DNA from: Pyrodictium occultum
Lineage (GTDB): Archaea > Thermoproteota > Thermoprotei_A > Sulfolobales > Pyrodictiaceae
Assembly: GCF_001462395.1 (NCBI RefSeq)
Contig: NZ_LNTB01000001.1
Location: 690,001 to 722,000 of the forward strand
DNA length: 32,000 nt
Direction of reading: 5' to 3'
Under the pieces are notes generated by a model that searched no databases, was not told where the DNA came from, and saw only the letters and a list, made by a program, of their open reading frames with translations. Of this stretch, positions 1 to 7,093 are shown in pieces; position 1 is the first letter of the stretch, and every line of letters begins with the position of its first letter. A program made the translations under genes and the position numbers.

Positions 1-1
1 A

Positions 2-1033
2 ATAGCTAGGGCCATCAAGAGGGGCGGCAAGGTTCTCGCAGTCAAGCTGCCGGGGTTCCATGGGCTGCTGGGAGTGGAGGTGCAGCCGGGGAGGCGCTTC
101 GGAACCGAGCTGGCGGACTACGCCAGGTTCTGGGGCGGCGTAGGGGGAATATTCCACACCGACGAGCTGCCCGGCTACGGGATAACCGAAGAGGAGGTAG
201 AGCAGCTCTACAAAGCCGTAGGCGCTGCCCGGGGCCGTGATGCAGTAGTGATAGTGGCTGATGAAGAGCCGAAAGCCCGGAAGGCTCTACAGGCTGTGGT
301 CGAGAGAGCTGCTGCAGCCCTCGAGGGCATACCGAAGGAGACCAGGGCTGCTAAGGAGGACGGCACAACCAGGTTCATGAGGCCTCAGCCAGGCTCGGCG
401 AGAATGTATCCCGAGACCGACATACCACCCCTTGAAGTCACAGAGGACCTACTTGAAGAAGCCCGTAAACTCGTGCCGGAGAAGCCCAGCGAGAAGCTGA
501 GAAAGCTGAAGGAGAGGTACGGGCTAAGCGATGACCTGGCTCGCCAGATAGTGAGGGATGTGAGGCTAGACCTATTCGAGAGGCTCGCAGAGAGGTACGG
601 GGATAAGGTCCCCCCATCCTACATAGCATCGATATTCACGAACATATTGAGGAGCCTTTCACGTGAAGGCGTGCCGATAGACAACCTGAGCGATGAGAGC
701 ATTGAGGAGGTTGTCTCGGCTGCCGCGCAAGGCAGACTAGCCAAGGACGCGGTGCCTGATGTGCTTGCATACTTGGCTAGAAACCCCGGAGCAAGGCTCG
801 ACGACGCCATGAAGGCTCTGGGCATACAGGCAGTAGACATGAGTATGGTGGAGAGCATGGTGGAGGAGGCAGTGAGAGCACTTGAGGGCGAGATAAGAAG
901 CCGCGGCTACGCGGCGCTAAGCAAGGTGATGGGTAGAGTTATGCCGAAGCTGCGCGGCAAGGTGGACGGCAGAACCGTGGCTGAGATAGCCAAGAGGAAG
1001 ATAAGTGAGCTGCTGGGGGAAAGGAGGGGCTGA
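2..1033 (+). CDS. gatE: Glu-tRNA(Gln) amidotransferase subunit E (GatE), C-terminal part. The 5' end lies outside the window.
   Basis: The frame is open from nt 2 (IARAIKRGGKVLAVKLPGFHGLLG precedes the tracked ORF). Motifs GGIFHTDELPGYGITEEE and RMYPETDIPP plus a helical YqeY/GatB-like tail are typical of archaeal GatE. Confidence 0.88.
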   Translation: MARAIKRGGKVLAVKLPGFHGLLGVEVQPGRRFGTELADYARFWGGVGGIFHTDELPGYGITEEEVEQLYKAVGAARGRDAVVIVADEEPKARKALQAVVERAAAALEGIPKETRAAKEDGTTRFMRPQPGSARMYPETDIPPLEVTEDLLEEARKLVPEKPSEKLRKLKERYGLSDDLARQIVRDVRLDLFERLAERYGDKVPPSYIASIFTNILRSLSREGVPIDNLSDESIEEVVSAAAQGRLAKDAVPDVLAYLARNPGARLDDAMKALGIQAVDMSMVESMVEEAVRALEGEIRSRGYAALSKVMGRVMPKLRGKVDGRTVAEIAKRKISELLGERRG

Positions 1034-1251
1034 AGCTGGTAGTCAGCCACCCGCGGCAATAAAGGAGCACTCGGCTACATATTTCCGGAAGACCCGGCCA
1101 TTTACCTCCAGGGGCGTCTATCCTAGCTCCATAGTGCTGGAGGCGGTGAAGAGTACTCCCGACGCTGAAAACGGGCCGTGATGAAAAGGCATTTGTCGGA
1201 GCCTCTAGCACCTGGCCCTCTTGAACGACTATATGATTGCTGGTACTGTGT

Positions 1252-1992
1252 CTAGAGCCCGGTGGCGCTCTCCGATATAACCTCCGGGCCGCTTACCTTC
1301 TTCCTGCGCTCGACTATGTCTAGTATCCTCTCTATGAAGTCCTCCTCGTAAGGCACGCCGACGAAGGCTAGTACGCCGTTTATAGCTATAGCAGGGACCG
1401 ACATCACGTTGTACTTGTCTGCTATGTCGGGGTTCTCGTAGGCCTCCACAGTGTCTGCTATGAAGTCGCGTTTCCCATTCCTCCAGGCCTCGAAGGCGAA
1501 CATGTTGGCCAGGAGAGCGGCGTAGGGGCAGTAGGGGCACTGAGGCGTCACTATTACCTCTATATGCACTGGCTTGTCTATGCTTTTTATCTTCTCTATG
1601 GTGGTCTGGTCTAGGCCGCTATCCTCCTGGGATATCCTGATAATTGTCTCAACAAGCCCTCTTATCTCCTCGCCGCTGGGGGTGCCGGTGTACCTTATCG
1701 ACCCCTCTAGGAGCGTAGTTGTTGGTATTCTTTCAACCTTCTGCCTCTTAAACTCCTCGTCGTCCTTACCCTTCTCGTAGACCCGTACCTTGACCAGCTT
1801 TTTCCCGTTCTTCTCCGGGGCTTCTTCCTCAAGCACCTTGGCTATCTTCAGCGACTCGTCGCAGTATCTACAGTTCGGGCCTATGAATACGTTTATTGTA
1901 ACGGGCTTTTCTAGATCCTGGAATGCCTCGCGTATAGCCTCCCGGGTTTCCTGGTCTATCTCCATGCGTACCGGATCCGACATGGCGTACAC
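1252..1992 (-). CDS. Protein disulfide oxidoreductase (PDO, glutaredoxin-like, two thioredoxin folds)
   Basis: The 246-aa product has two CxxC sites about 110 residues apart (CRYC near the N terminus, CPYC in the second half). Size and layout match the archaeal PDO family. Confidence 0.85.
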   Translation of the reverse strand: MYAMSDPVRMEIDQETREAIREAFQDLEKPVTINVFIGPNCRYCDESLKIAKVLEEEAPEKNGKKLVKVRVYEKGKDDEEFKRQKVERIPTTTLLEGSIRYTGTPSGEEIRGLVETIIRISQEDSGLDQTTIEKIKSIDKPVHIEVIVTPQCPYCPYAALLANMFAFEAWRNGKRDFIADTVEAYENPDIADKYNVMSVPAIAINGVLAFVGVPYEEDFIERILDIVERRKKVSGPEVISESATGL

Positions 1993-2228
1993 CCCTTGCC
2001 CAACGCCCCTTCTGTGCCGCCAAGACCGTGCTATTAGCTATTTGGTTCTTTTCTTCTTTTCTCTTAAACGAACGTAAGCTAATTTCTACCGCTAATTCCC
2101 ATCACACCTATCACAGATGCTCCTGGGTGCTTTGGAGGAGGCTCCGGAGGTGACGCCTCACATACAACCCAGGGGCAGCTGTTATAAGGATAGGCCAGTA
2201 ACATTCGTGAAAATGGGTCACGAGAGCT

Positions 2229-2597
2229 ATGGCTGGACAGGCAGGCTTTCTATCAGCGCCCTGCGAAATAGCTGTAAAGAAGTACGTGCCATCGATAAGG
2301 GCGTCACTAGCCATAGTGCTGCTGCGCGATTATGGTCTGACCATATACCGGGCGGCTAAGCTGCTCCGGCTGACGCCGGCTGCGGTCTCCAACTATCTGC
2401 TTAAGCGTAGGGGTGGAAGCTACATAGATGTTATCCTCAGGGACAAAGAGCTATACGGAATGGTCGCGAAGATGGCTGAGCAGATTATAAGCAATAATGC
2501 GGATGAGAGGCTGATGCCTCTCTACATATGCGAGATATGCCGCAAGCTTAGATCTAAGGTCGAGCCTAAGGCTGTGCTGCCGGAGCCCCCCTACTAG
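2229..2597 (+). CDS. Small HTH transcriptional regulator (COG2522-like) with a C-terminal CxxC
   Basis: PCEIAVKKYVPSIRASLAIVLL followed by the HTH YRAAKLLRLTPAAVSNYLLKRRGG. C-terminal CEIC. The pattern matches small archaeal XRE-like regulators. Confidence 0.55.
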   Translation: MAGQAGFLSAPCEIAVKKYVPSIRASLAIVLLRDYGLTIYRAAKLLRLTPAAVSNYLLKRRGGSYIDVILRDKELYGMVAKMAEQIISNNADERLMPLYICEICRKLRSKVEPKAVLPEPPY

Positions 2598-2642
2598 CGC
2601 TTCCCGCTCTCCCATCCCTATGGAGTATTCCCAGAGCATTGG

Positions 2643-3749
2643 CTATATGCCGCCTTTTCCTCTCCTGCGCAAGAGAGGCGGAAGCTCCACGCCCTCGATT
2701 CTTACCAGCGCTGTCTGGAGAGAGGCAAGCGGTATAGCCACCCTATTAAAGCTCGGAATTAGCTCCTCCCATGCTGGCTGAAGCCCCGTGTAGAGCAGCG
2801 CCCTTCTCAGCCTGTACCCCTCGACTACAAGCTCGTGCCTCCGGGCCACCGGCGACGGGTTCCAGACTAATAGTACGAGTTCCAGACTCCTACCCTCACG
2901 GCGCACGGAGGCGTAGAGCGGTATTAGCCCCGTGGGAGACCATAGTGGCGGGTTCTCGGCATTAGGCCTCGCACCGTCAGCGGCCAGGAGGTTTCCTAGG
3001 AGATAGGCTGTGTAGAGCCACGTGGGGCTGCATCTCCTGGCGTCCAGTGCTACCCCTCTGCCTTCCAGTATCTCCAGGACCCCCTTCTCGTCGACCCCTA
3101 CCCTGCATTGCTCTGATGGGGGTGTGCAGACCAGCGCTAGGTAGCTGCCTCCTCCGCCCACGCAGAGCCATGGCACCCGGTATATGCGGCTGCCCCTGGC
3201 GAGTCTCCTCCTGACCCAGGAGAGCATTGTCGGCTGCACTATCCTGGGCCGGTAGACCTTGGAGTATATGCGGCTGCCCTCCTCGGCGGGCCGCGTAGCC
3301 GGGGGTCTCGCGGGACGGCTGCAACCCAGCCGGGGCCTGCACACCATACCTGTTGACGGCGTGTAGGCGTCTGCCACGACAGCCGGGCTCTCTCCGGGGC
3401 CAGCTAGTGCCTGGAGAGCCTGGCTTACAGCCCGGTAGCTGGGGCCACGGTAGTCCGGGGCCGGCGGGTATAGGGGTAGCTCCGCGAGGCTGCAGCTGCA
3501 GCCGGGTATGGGGAGCCTTGCCTCTAGCCAGGTGCCGTTCCTCGCTACCAGCCTCAGCCTGGCCTCGCCGCCGCAGTCTAGAGCATCTACCCCCGCCGCT
3601 CGGAGCACCGGGGCGTTGGGCTCCGACAGCAGTGCTCTGCAGCTCTCTCCAGCACCTAGGCGAAGCCTTGAACCTTCCAGGGCGGCGGCCCGGAGGAAGG
3701 GGGCCAGGATAGCTATGAGTGTCTCGCGGAGGCCTTCCAGGCTGCTCAA
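2643..3749 (-). CDS. Hypothetical protein (368 aa, Ala/Arg/Leu/Gly/Pro-rich), no recognisable domain
   Basis: Longest ORF in a visibly GC-rich segment, and too long to be a chance ORF. Its start overlaps the stop of the upstream ORF by 4 nt, which suggests an operon. Shadow ORFs occupy other frames. Confidence 0.45.
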   Translation of the reverse strand: MSSLEGLRETLIAILAPFLRAAALEGSRLRLGAGESCRALLSEPNAPVLRAAGVDALDCGGEARLRLVARNGTWLEARLPIPGCSCSLAELPLYPPAPDYRGPSYRAVSQALQALAGPGESPAVVADAYTPSTGMVCRPRLGCSRPARPPATRPAEEGSRIYSKVYRPRIVQPTMLSWVRRRLARGSRIYRVPWLCVGGGGSYLALVCTPPSEQCRVGVDEKGVLEILEGRGVALDARRCSPTWLYTAYLLGNLLAADGARPNAENPPLWSPTGLIPLYASVRREGRSLELVLLVWNPSPVARRHELVVEGYRLRRALLYTGLQPAWEELIPSFNRVAIPLASLQTALVRIEGVELPPLLRRRGKGGI

Positions 3750-4189
3750 GACCTTGTGGCTTCCTCCGCTATATCTATGGCGCGGCTGACGAGGCTCATG
3801 CTCACCCCCTTCGCCTTTGCCCTCACCACCTCCTCGTCGGCGTCCACCTTGAAGCCTAACTTCTCCAGCATATCAGCCGCTCTCCTGGCGCTCTCCCTGC
3901 TAGAAGCGTTTATGACGAGCTGCGTGGACGAGGGCGCCGGCCTTATCCTGACCGTTATACGGTACGAGCCCTGCCTCACCCCGGATACAGAGTGGTACTC
4001 TAGCATGCCGCCTAGAAGGGTTGTCTGCTGGGACCGGGACTCGGCTACCTCGAGCCCACGGTTCCTGAAGAGCGTGCGTATACTAGATGGGGAGGCCTCG
4101 GTGGCCACGGCTCGCGTCACCCCCCAAGGGGTCGTGGGCGTCCAAGGCTTCCTCAGAGGCCGGGGAGGTGGAGGCCGGCCGTCCCGCAT
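3746..4189 (-). CDS. Hypothetical protein with uncertain start (alternatives GTG 4120 or ATG 4006)
   Basis: The ORF has a 4-nt overlap with the downstream 368-aa ORF. The N-terminal 60 residues are Pro/Arg-rich and may not be translated. The C-terminal 86 residues look like a small alpha/beta domain. Confidence 0.35.
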   Translation of the reverse strand: MRDGRPPPPRPLRKPWTPTTPWGVTRAVATEASPSSIRTLFRNRGLEVAESRSQQTTLLGGMLEYHSVSGVRQGSYRITVRIRPAPSSTQLVINASSRESARRAADMLEKLGFKVDADEEVVRAKAKGVSMSLVSRAIDIAEEATRS

Positions 4190-4209
4190 ATACCCAGAGG
4201 CTCCGGGGG

Positions 4210-4941
4210 TTAGGGGTTGAAAGATTTCAACGTCTCTAGTACAGCTTTTGCAGCCTTCTCTACGAAGGGCTCTAGCTCCTGGTGGTGCTTGAGCTCTTCC
4301 TTGCCGGGCACGGCCAGGTTGTCCGATATCACCAGCAGCGCGGAGGCGTTGAAGCCTCTCAGTGCAGCAAGCGCGTAGAGTGTGGCAACCTCCATCTCTA
4401 CCGCGATTATTCCACGCTTAGACCACTTCTCGACGAACGCTGGATCCTCGGCGTAGAAGGCGTCGCTGCTGAACACGGGACCCAGGTAGACGCGGCCGTG
4501 TATCTCCCTAGCTTTCTCGTAGAGCATTGTTGTGAGTACTGGGTTGGGGGCCGCAGCCATGCAGGCGTCGGGCACATAGGAGCCCACGGTGCCTCCATGC
4601 ATGTAGGCTGCACCGGTAGCTACCACCGCATCGCCTATATCAAGCCGGGGTACGAGTCCGCCAGCCGTGCCGAGCCTTATGATTGTACGCGCCCCAAGCA
4701 TGTGGAGCTCCTCAAACACTATGGCCGCCGAGGGCCCTCCTATGCCATGTACCGCTACGCTGACCCGCTCGCCCCTATAGTAGCCCGTGTATATGTTGAA
4801 GCCGCGCTCCTCGTTAACTAGTTCAGCATCCTCGAGAAAGTGCTCAGCCAGGAACCTGGCGCGGGCGGGATCGCCTACGGCGACGACCTTCTTGGCCACC
4901 TTCTCGGGGCTTATACGTATATGCTGCGGCCTCATCTCCAT
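4210..4941 (-). CDS. Nucleoside phosphorylase of the PNP/UDP-1 family (DeoD or MTAP-I-like purine/uridine phosphorylase)
   Basis: GDPARARFLAE, ERGFNIYTGYYRGERVSVAVHGIGGPSAAIVFEEL, RLGTAGG and VEMEVATLY match the hexameric PNP/UDP phosphorylase fold. Confidence 0.85.
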   Translation of the reverse strand: MEMRPQHIRISPEKVAKKVVAVGDPARARFLAEHFLEDAELVNEERGFNIYTGYYRGERVSVAVHGIGGPSAAIVFEELHMLGARTIIRLGTAGGLVPRLDIGDAVVATGAAYMHGGTVGSYVPDACMAAAPNPVLTTMLYEKAREIHGRVYLGPVFSSDAFYAEDPAFVEKWSKRGIIAVEMEVATLYALAALRGFNASALLVISDNLAVPGKEELKHHQELEPFVEKAAKAVLETLKSFNP

Positions 4942-4976
4942 AGGAGCTTCACCGGCTACGCCCCTGCGCCCGCTGG

Positions 4977-4984
4977 CTTTAAGC
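4977..4984. promoter_or_regulatory. TATA-like box (CTTTAAGC)
   Basis: An A/T island in GC-rich DNA. It lies about 30 nt upstream of the C/D sRNA candidate on the + strand and about 40 nt upstream of the phosphorylase ATG (4941) on the - strand. Confidence 0.35.
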
Positions 4985-5008
4985 TACCACCCGGAGGCTA
5001 GGCAGGCT

Positions 5009-5070
5009 GGGCTATGATGAGCGCCCGTGATGGCAGGGCTCCGATGCCATTGCACGAGCATTCTGAGCCC
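5009..5070 (+). ncRNA. C/D-box sRNA candidate (2'-O-methylation guide)
   Basis: GGGCT-ATGATGA (C box 5014-5020) ... CTGA (D box 5063-5066)-GCCC. The 4-5 bp terminal stem is GGGC/GCCC. The C-to-D span of 53 nt fits the 12-nt guide geometry. The candidate is intergenic, with a TATA-like box about 30 nt upstream. Internal D' and C' boxes are degenerate. Confidence 0.5.
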
Positions 5071-5252
5071 TCCCTCGAGGAGAGCTTAAAGCCGGGCTGG
5101 TGTACTCGGCCATCCAGGAGCTCGTGGGGCTGTGTTGAGCTCTGACCGCTGCTGAGCGCCCCTCTAGTGCTGAGAATGGTAGCCGCTGAAGCCCCTCCTC
5201 GCCTTCCACCGTTTGCAGTCAGCGAATCCCCTCGGGGACTGTTATGGGGGAG

Positions 5253-5264
5253 AAGTTATAGGGT
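5253..5264 (+). promoter_or_regulatory. TATA-like box AAGTTATAGGGT for the 5303 ORF
   Basis: An A/T island about 45 nt upstream of the ATG, with the SD-like GGAGTGAG at 5293-5300. The same AGTTATAG core recurs at 5738. Confidence 0.4.
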
Positions 5265-5302
5265 GCATCCGCGGGCCACTACCAGTTAACACGGAGTGAG
5301 CC

Positions 5303-5620
5303 ATGGATGAAGAAGCACTAATGCTTATAGACAAATACCTCGGCGAAATCATAGAACACGTTGTTTATAAGTATCATTATAACGTTGATCTCGAGGACGA
5401 GTATGAGAGCCTTCTCCGCTACATATACCGGAGGCTCGTAAAGGCGTGGTTCAAGGGCCGCGGGGTCTCCCTCAAGGAGTTTGAGGCTGCCCTGCAGAAC
5501 GCGCGCAAGAAGAGGCGCCAGCTGGAGATTCTTCTAAGCTATCTAGTGAGCCGCTACGCGGCCAGAAACGGGCCCATATATATGCCCCGGGGAGGAGACT
5601 GGTACGACGAGAAGTACTAG
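5303..5620 (+). CDS. Hypothetical small helical protein (105 aa)
   Basis: ATG is preceded by an SD-like GGAGTGAG. Lys/Glu/Tyr/Ile-rich composition is typical of real hyperthermophile proteins. No recognisable motif. Confidence 0.5.
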   Translation: MDEEALMLIDKYLGEIIEHVVYKYHYNVDLEDEYESLLRYIYRRLVKAWFKGRGVSLKEFEAALQNARKKRRQLEILLSYLVSRYAARNGPIYMPRGGDWYDEKY

Positions 5621-5724
5621 CCACTCGTAGAGGGCTACATGGGGTTCTGTTCGCGGTAATGTCGTCATCCCCTATCCCGGGGTCGCGGGGGGCAAGTCAC
5701 AACATCCCCCGGGGCTACTGGCTC

Positions 5725-5762
5725 GGGGCCCGGGGAGAGTTATAGAGGCTCCCCGGGGCCTC
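5725..5762 (+). promoter_or_regulatory. GC-rich inverted repeat enclosing a TATA-like box (AGTTATAGAGG)
   Basis: 5729-5737 pairs with 5749-5757 (9 bp, CCCGGGGAG/CTCCCCGGG). The pairing extends with one mismatch to 5725/5762. The loop 5738-5748 carries TTATAG and sits about 80 nt upstream of the 5823 ORF. Confidence 0.45.
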
Positions 5763-5822
5763 CAGTTCCTCCACTCGGGCTACTGCCCGGGGGGAATTCT
5801 CTCCGAGCAGGGTTCCAAGGGA

Positions 5823-6656
5823 GTGGGCATCGTGGCTCGCGGCAGGAGGAGATCCACCAGGTCAGCAGGGTCTACGAGACGTAGACACGGGGCCAGCTCC
5901 CGCGGCTCCTCGGGTGCTAGGAGGCTCTCCCAGCCAAGGGTGGACCCGGATAAGCTGCTCGACTCAATAGTGGATGAGGCCGTGCAGAGGCTTGGGCTAG
6001 GAATACTAGGGCTCGACAGGGAGTCTTACAAGGAGATGCTGAAACCGCTCGTGGAGGGTATAGTCGAGCGGTACTCCTCCAGGCCCTCCAAGGATGCTAT
6101 AGTGTCTAGGCTGCAGAACGCGGTAAACAATGTCTACATCCTCGCCTCCGCGTACCTCCTCGAGAAGCTTGAAAAGCTCACCCCGGAGCAGCTCGAGTTC
6201 GTCGTCACCTACGGGGGCCCCATCGCAGCAAAGTATGCCTCGAGGCTCTACAAGGAGATTGTTGAGAGTAATAGGAGGGACCTCCTCCCGCTGCTGAGGA
6301 GCGCATGGGAGCAGTATGGCAGGCCTACCCCCATAGCCTGCCCCCGCTGCGGCTTCCGGGCCGTGACGCCTGACCTGGTGTGCATGGTGTGCGGCTACAC
6401 CCTCTCCGAGAGAGAGGCTAAGGAGGCTATCGACTTTAACTATAGGCTTGAGGAGTTTGTGGAGCTCTATCCTGCATCAGATGTGCGTGAGGCTATTGAG
6501 AGGGGTGTTGTAGTCGTCGGGGATACTCTCAAGCCCCCGTCGGCCCCGCGGGAGCCAACCGATATAGTGCTGCATCTGACGCGCTCGGAGAGGGATAGGC
6601 TGCGAAAGCTGCTGGAGGAGAGGAAGGCGAGCTATGCTAGAGGTCCAGGCGCCTAA
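5823..6656 (+). CDS. Hypothetical Zn-ribbon protein with an Arg/Ser-rich N terminus. The start is uncertain (GTG 5823, 5832 or 5939).
   Basis: Central CPRCG-x12-CMVCG zinc ribbon flanked by helical regions. The N terminus reads GRRRSTRSAGSTRRRHGASSRGSS. The 3' end overlaps the next ORF by 23 nt. Confidence 0.5.
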   Translation: MGIVARGRRRSTRSAGSTRRRHGASSRGSSGARRLSQPRVDPDKLLDSIVDEAVQRLGLGILGLDRESYKEMLKPLVEGIVERYSSRPSKDAIVSRLQNAVNNVYILASAYLLEKLEKLTPEQLEFVVTYGGPIAAKYASRLYKEIVESNRRDLLPLLRSAWEQYGRPTPIACPRCGFRAVTPDLVCMVCGYTLSEREAKEAIDFNYRLEEFVELYPASDVREAIERGVVVVGDTLKPPSAPREPTDIVLHLTRSERDRLRKLLEERKASYARGPGA

Positions 6657-7008
6657 CGAGCTTGAGGAGCTGATTAGGTCTACGCGTATACTCCTGGTCC
6701 TCTTCTACGACTCGCGCAGTCCTAACGGGAGGTACCTCGCCGGCATAGTGGAGGATATTGCCCGTGCGGTGGAGCCCGTGATAGCTGTGGCGAGGGTTGA
6801 CGCCGCTACGCTGCCCGGCGTGGTGAGGCGCTATGCAAGGTCTGTGCCCAGGCTGCAGCTCTACTTTGATGGGGAGAAGGTGTGGGAGCAGATAGGCTTC
6901 TTCTATAACAGTGCCAGCGACAGGTACGCCATTAGGAGGGGTATACTCTATGCGCTTCGGAGCCGCAACACCAGCCCTTCTAGGCTAGGCATCTCCCTCC
7001 GCTTCTAA
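6634..7008 (+). CDS. Thioredoxin-fold protein lacking the CxxC active site
   Basis: Aligns by eye to thioredoxin. ILLVLFYDSRSPNGRYLAGIVEDIA corresponds to [24 protein letters not shown], and VARVDAATLPGVVRRYARSVPRLQLYFDGEKV corresponds to [32 protein letters not shown]. The cis-Pro is kept and both Cys are replaced. Confidence 0.6.
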   Translation: MLEVQAPNELEELIRSTRILLVLFYDSRSPNGRYLAGIVEDIARAVEPVIAVARVDAATLPGVVRRYARSVPRLQLYFDGEKVWEQIGFFYNSASDRYAIRRGILYALRSRNTSPSRLGISLRF

Positions 7009-7012
7009 CCCT

Positions 7013-7029
7013 AGAGCAAGGTTTATATA
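7013..7029 (+). promoter_or_regulatory. Thermosome promoter (purine-rich BRE-like AGAGCAAG plus TATA TTTATATA)
   Basis: The strongest canonical TATA box in the window, at 7022-7029 and about 65 nt upstream of the ATG. SD-like AGAGGTG lies at 7081-7087. Confidence 0.6.
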
Positions 7030-7093
7030 GAAGCACTCTGAAGGCAACCTACCCGGACGTAGCGCATCAAAGGGATGGCTAGAGGTGTAGGCT

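Noticed and set aside
2046-2065. A 20-nt pure pyrimidine tract in the most AT-rich part of the window, considered as a DNA unwinding element
   Set aside because: It is too short and has no flanking initiator-box repeats. It sits in the divergent PDO/HTH-regulator promoter region and is more simply explained as promoter or spacer DNA.
2090-2100. The 11-mer CGCTAATTCCC is shared by the PDO/HTH promoter region and the rfcS/gins23 gap (20719-20729)
   Set aside because: Exact 11-mer repeats are expected many times by chance in a window this size. The flanks do not align, and there is no functional link between the genes.
5012-5209. A 65-aa ORF on the minus strand in the 4942-5302 gap
   Set aside because: The composition is low-complexity Ser/Ala/Arg/Gly with no start context. 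The ORF overlaps the better-supported C/D-box RNA candidate, so it is probably a GC-driven chance ORF.
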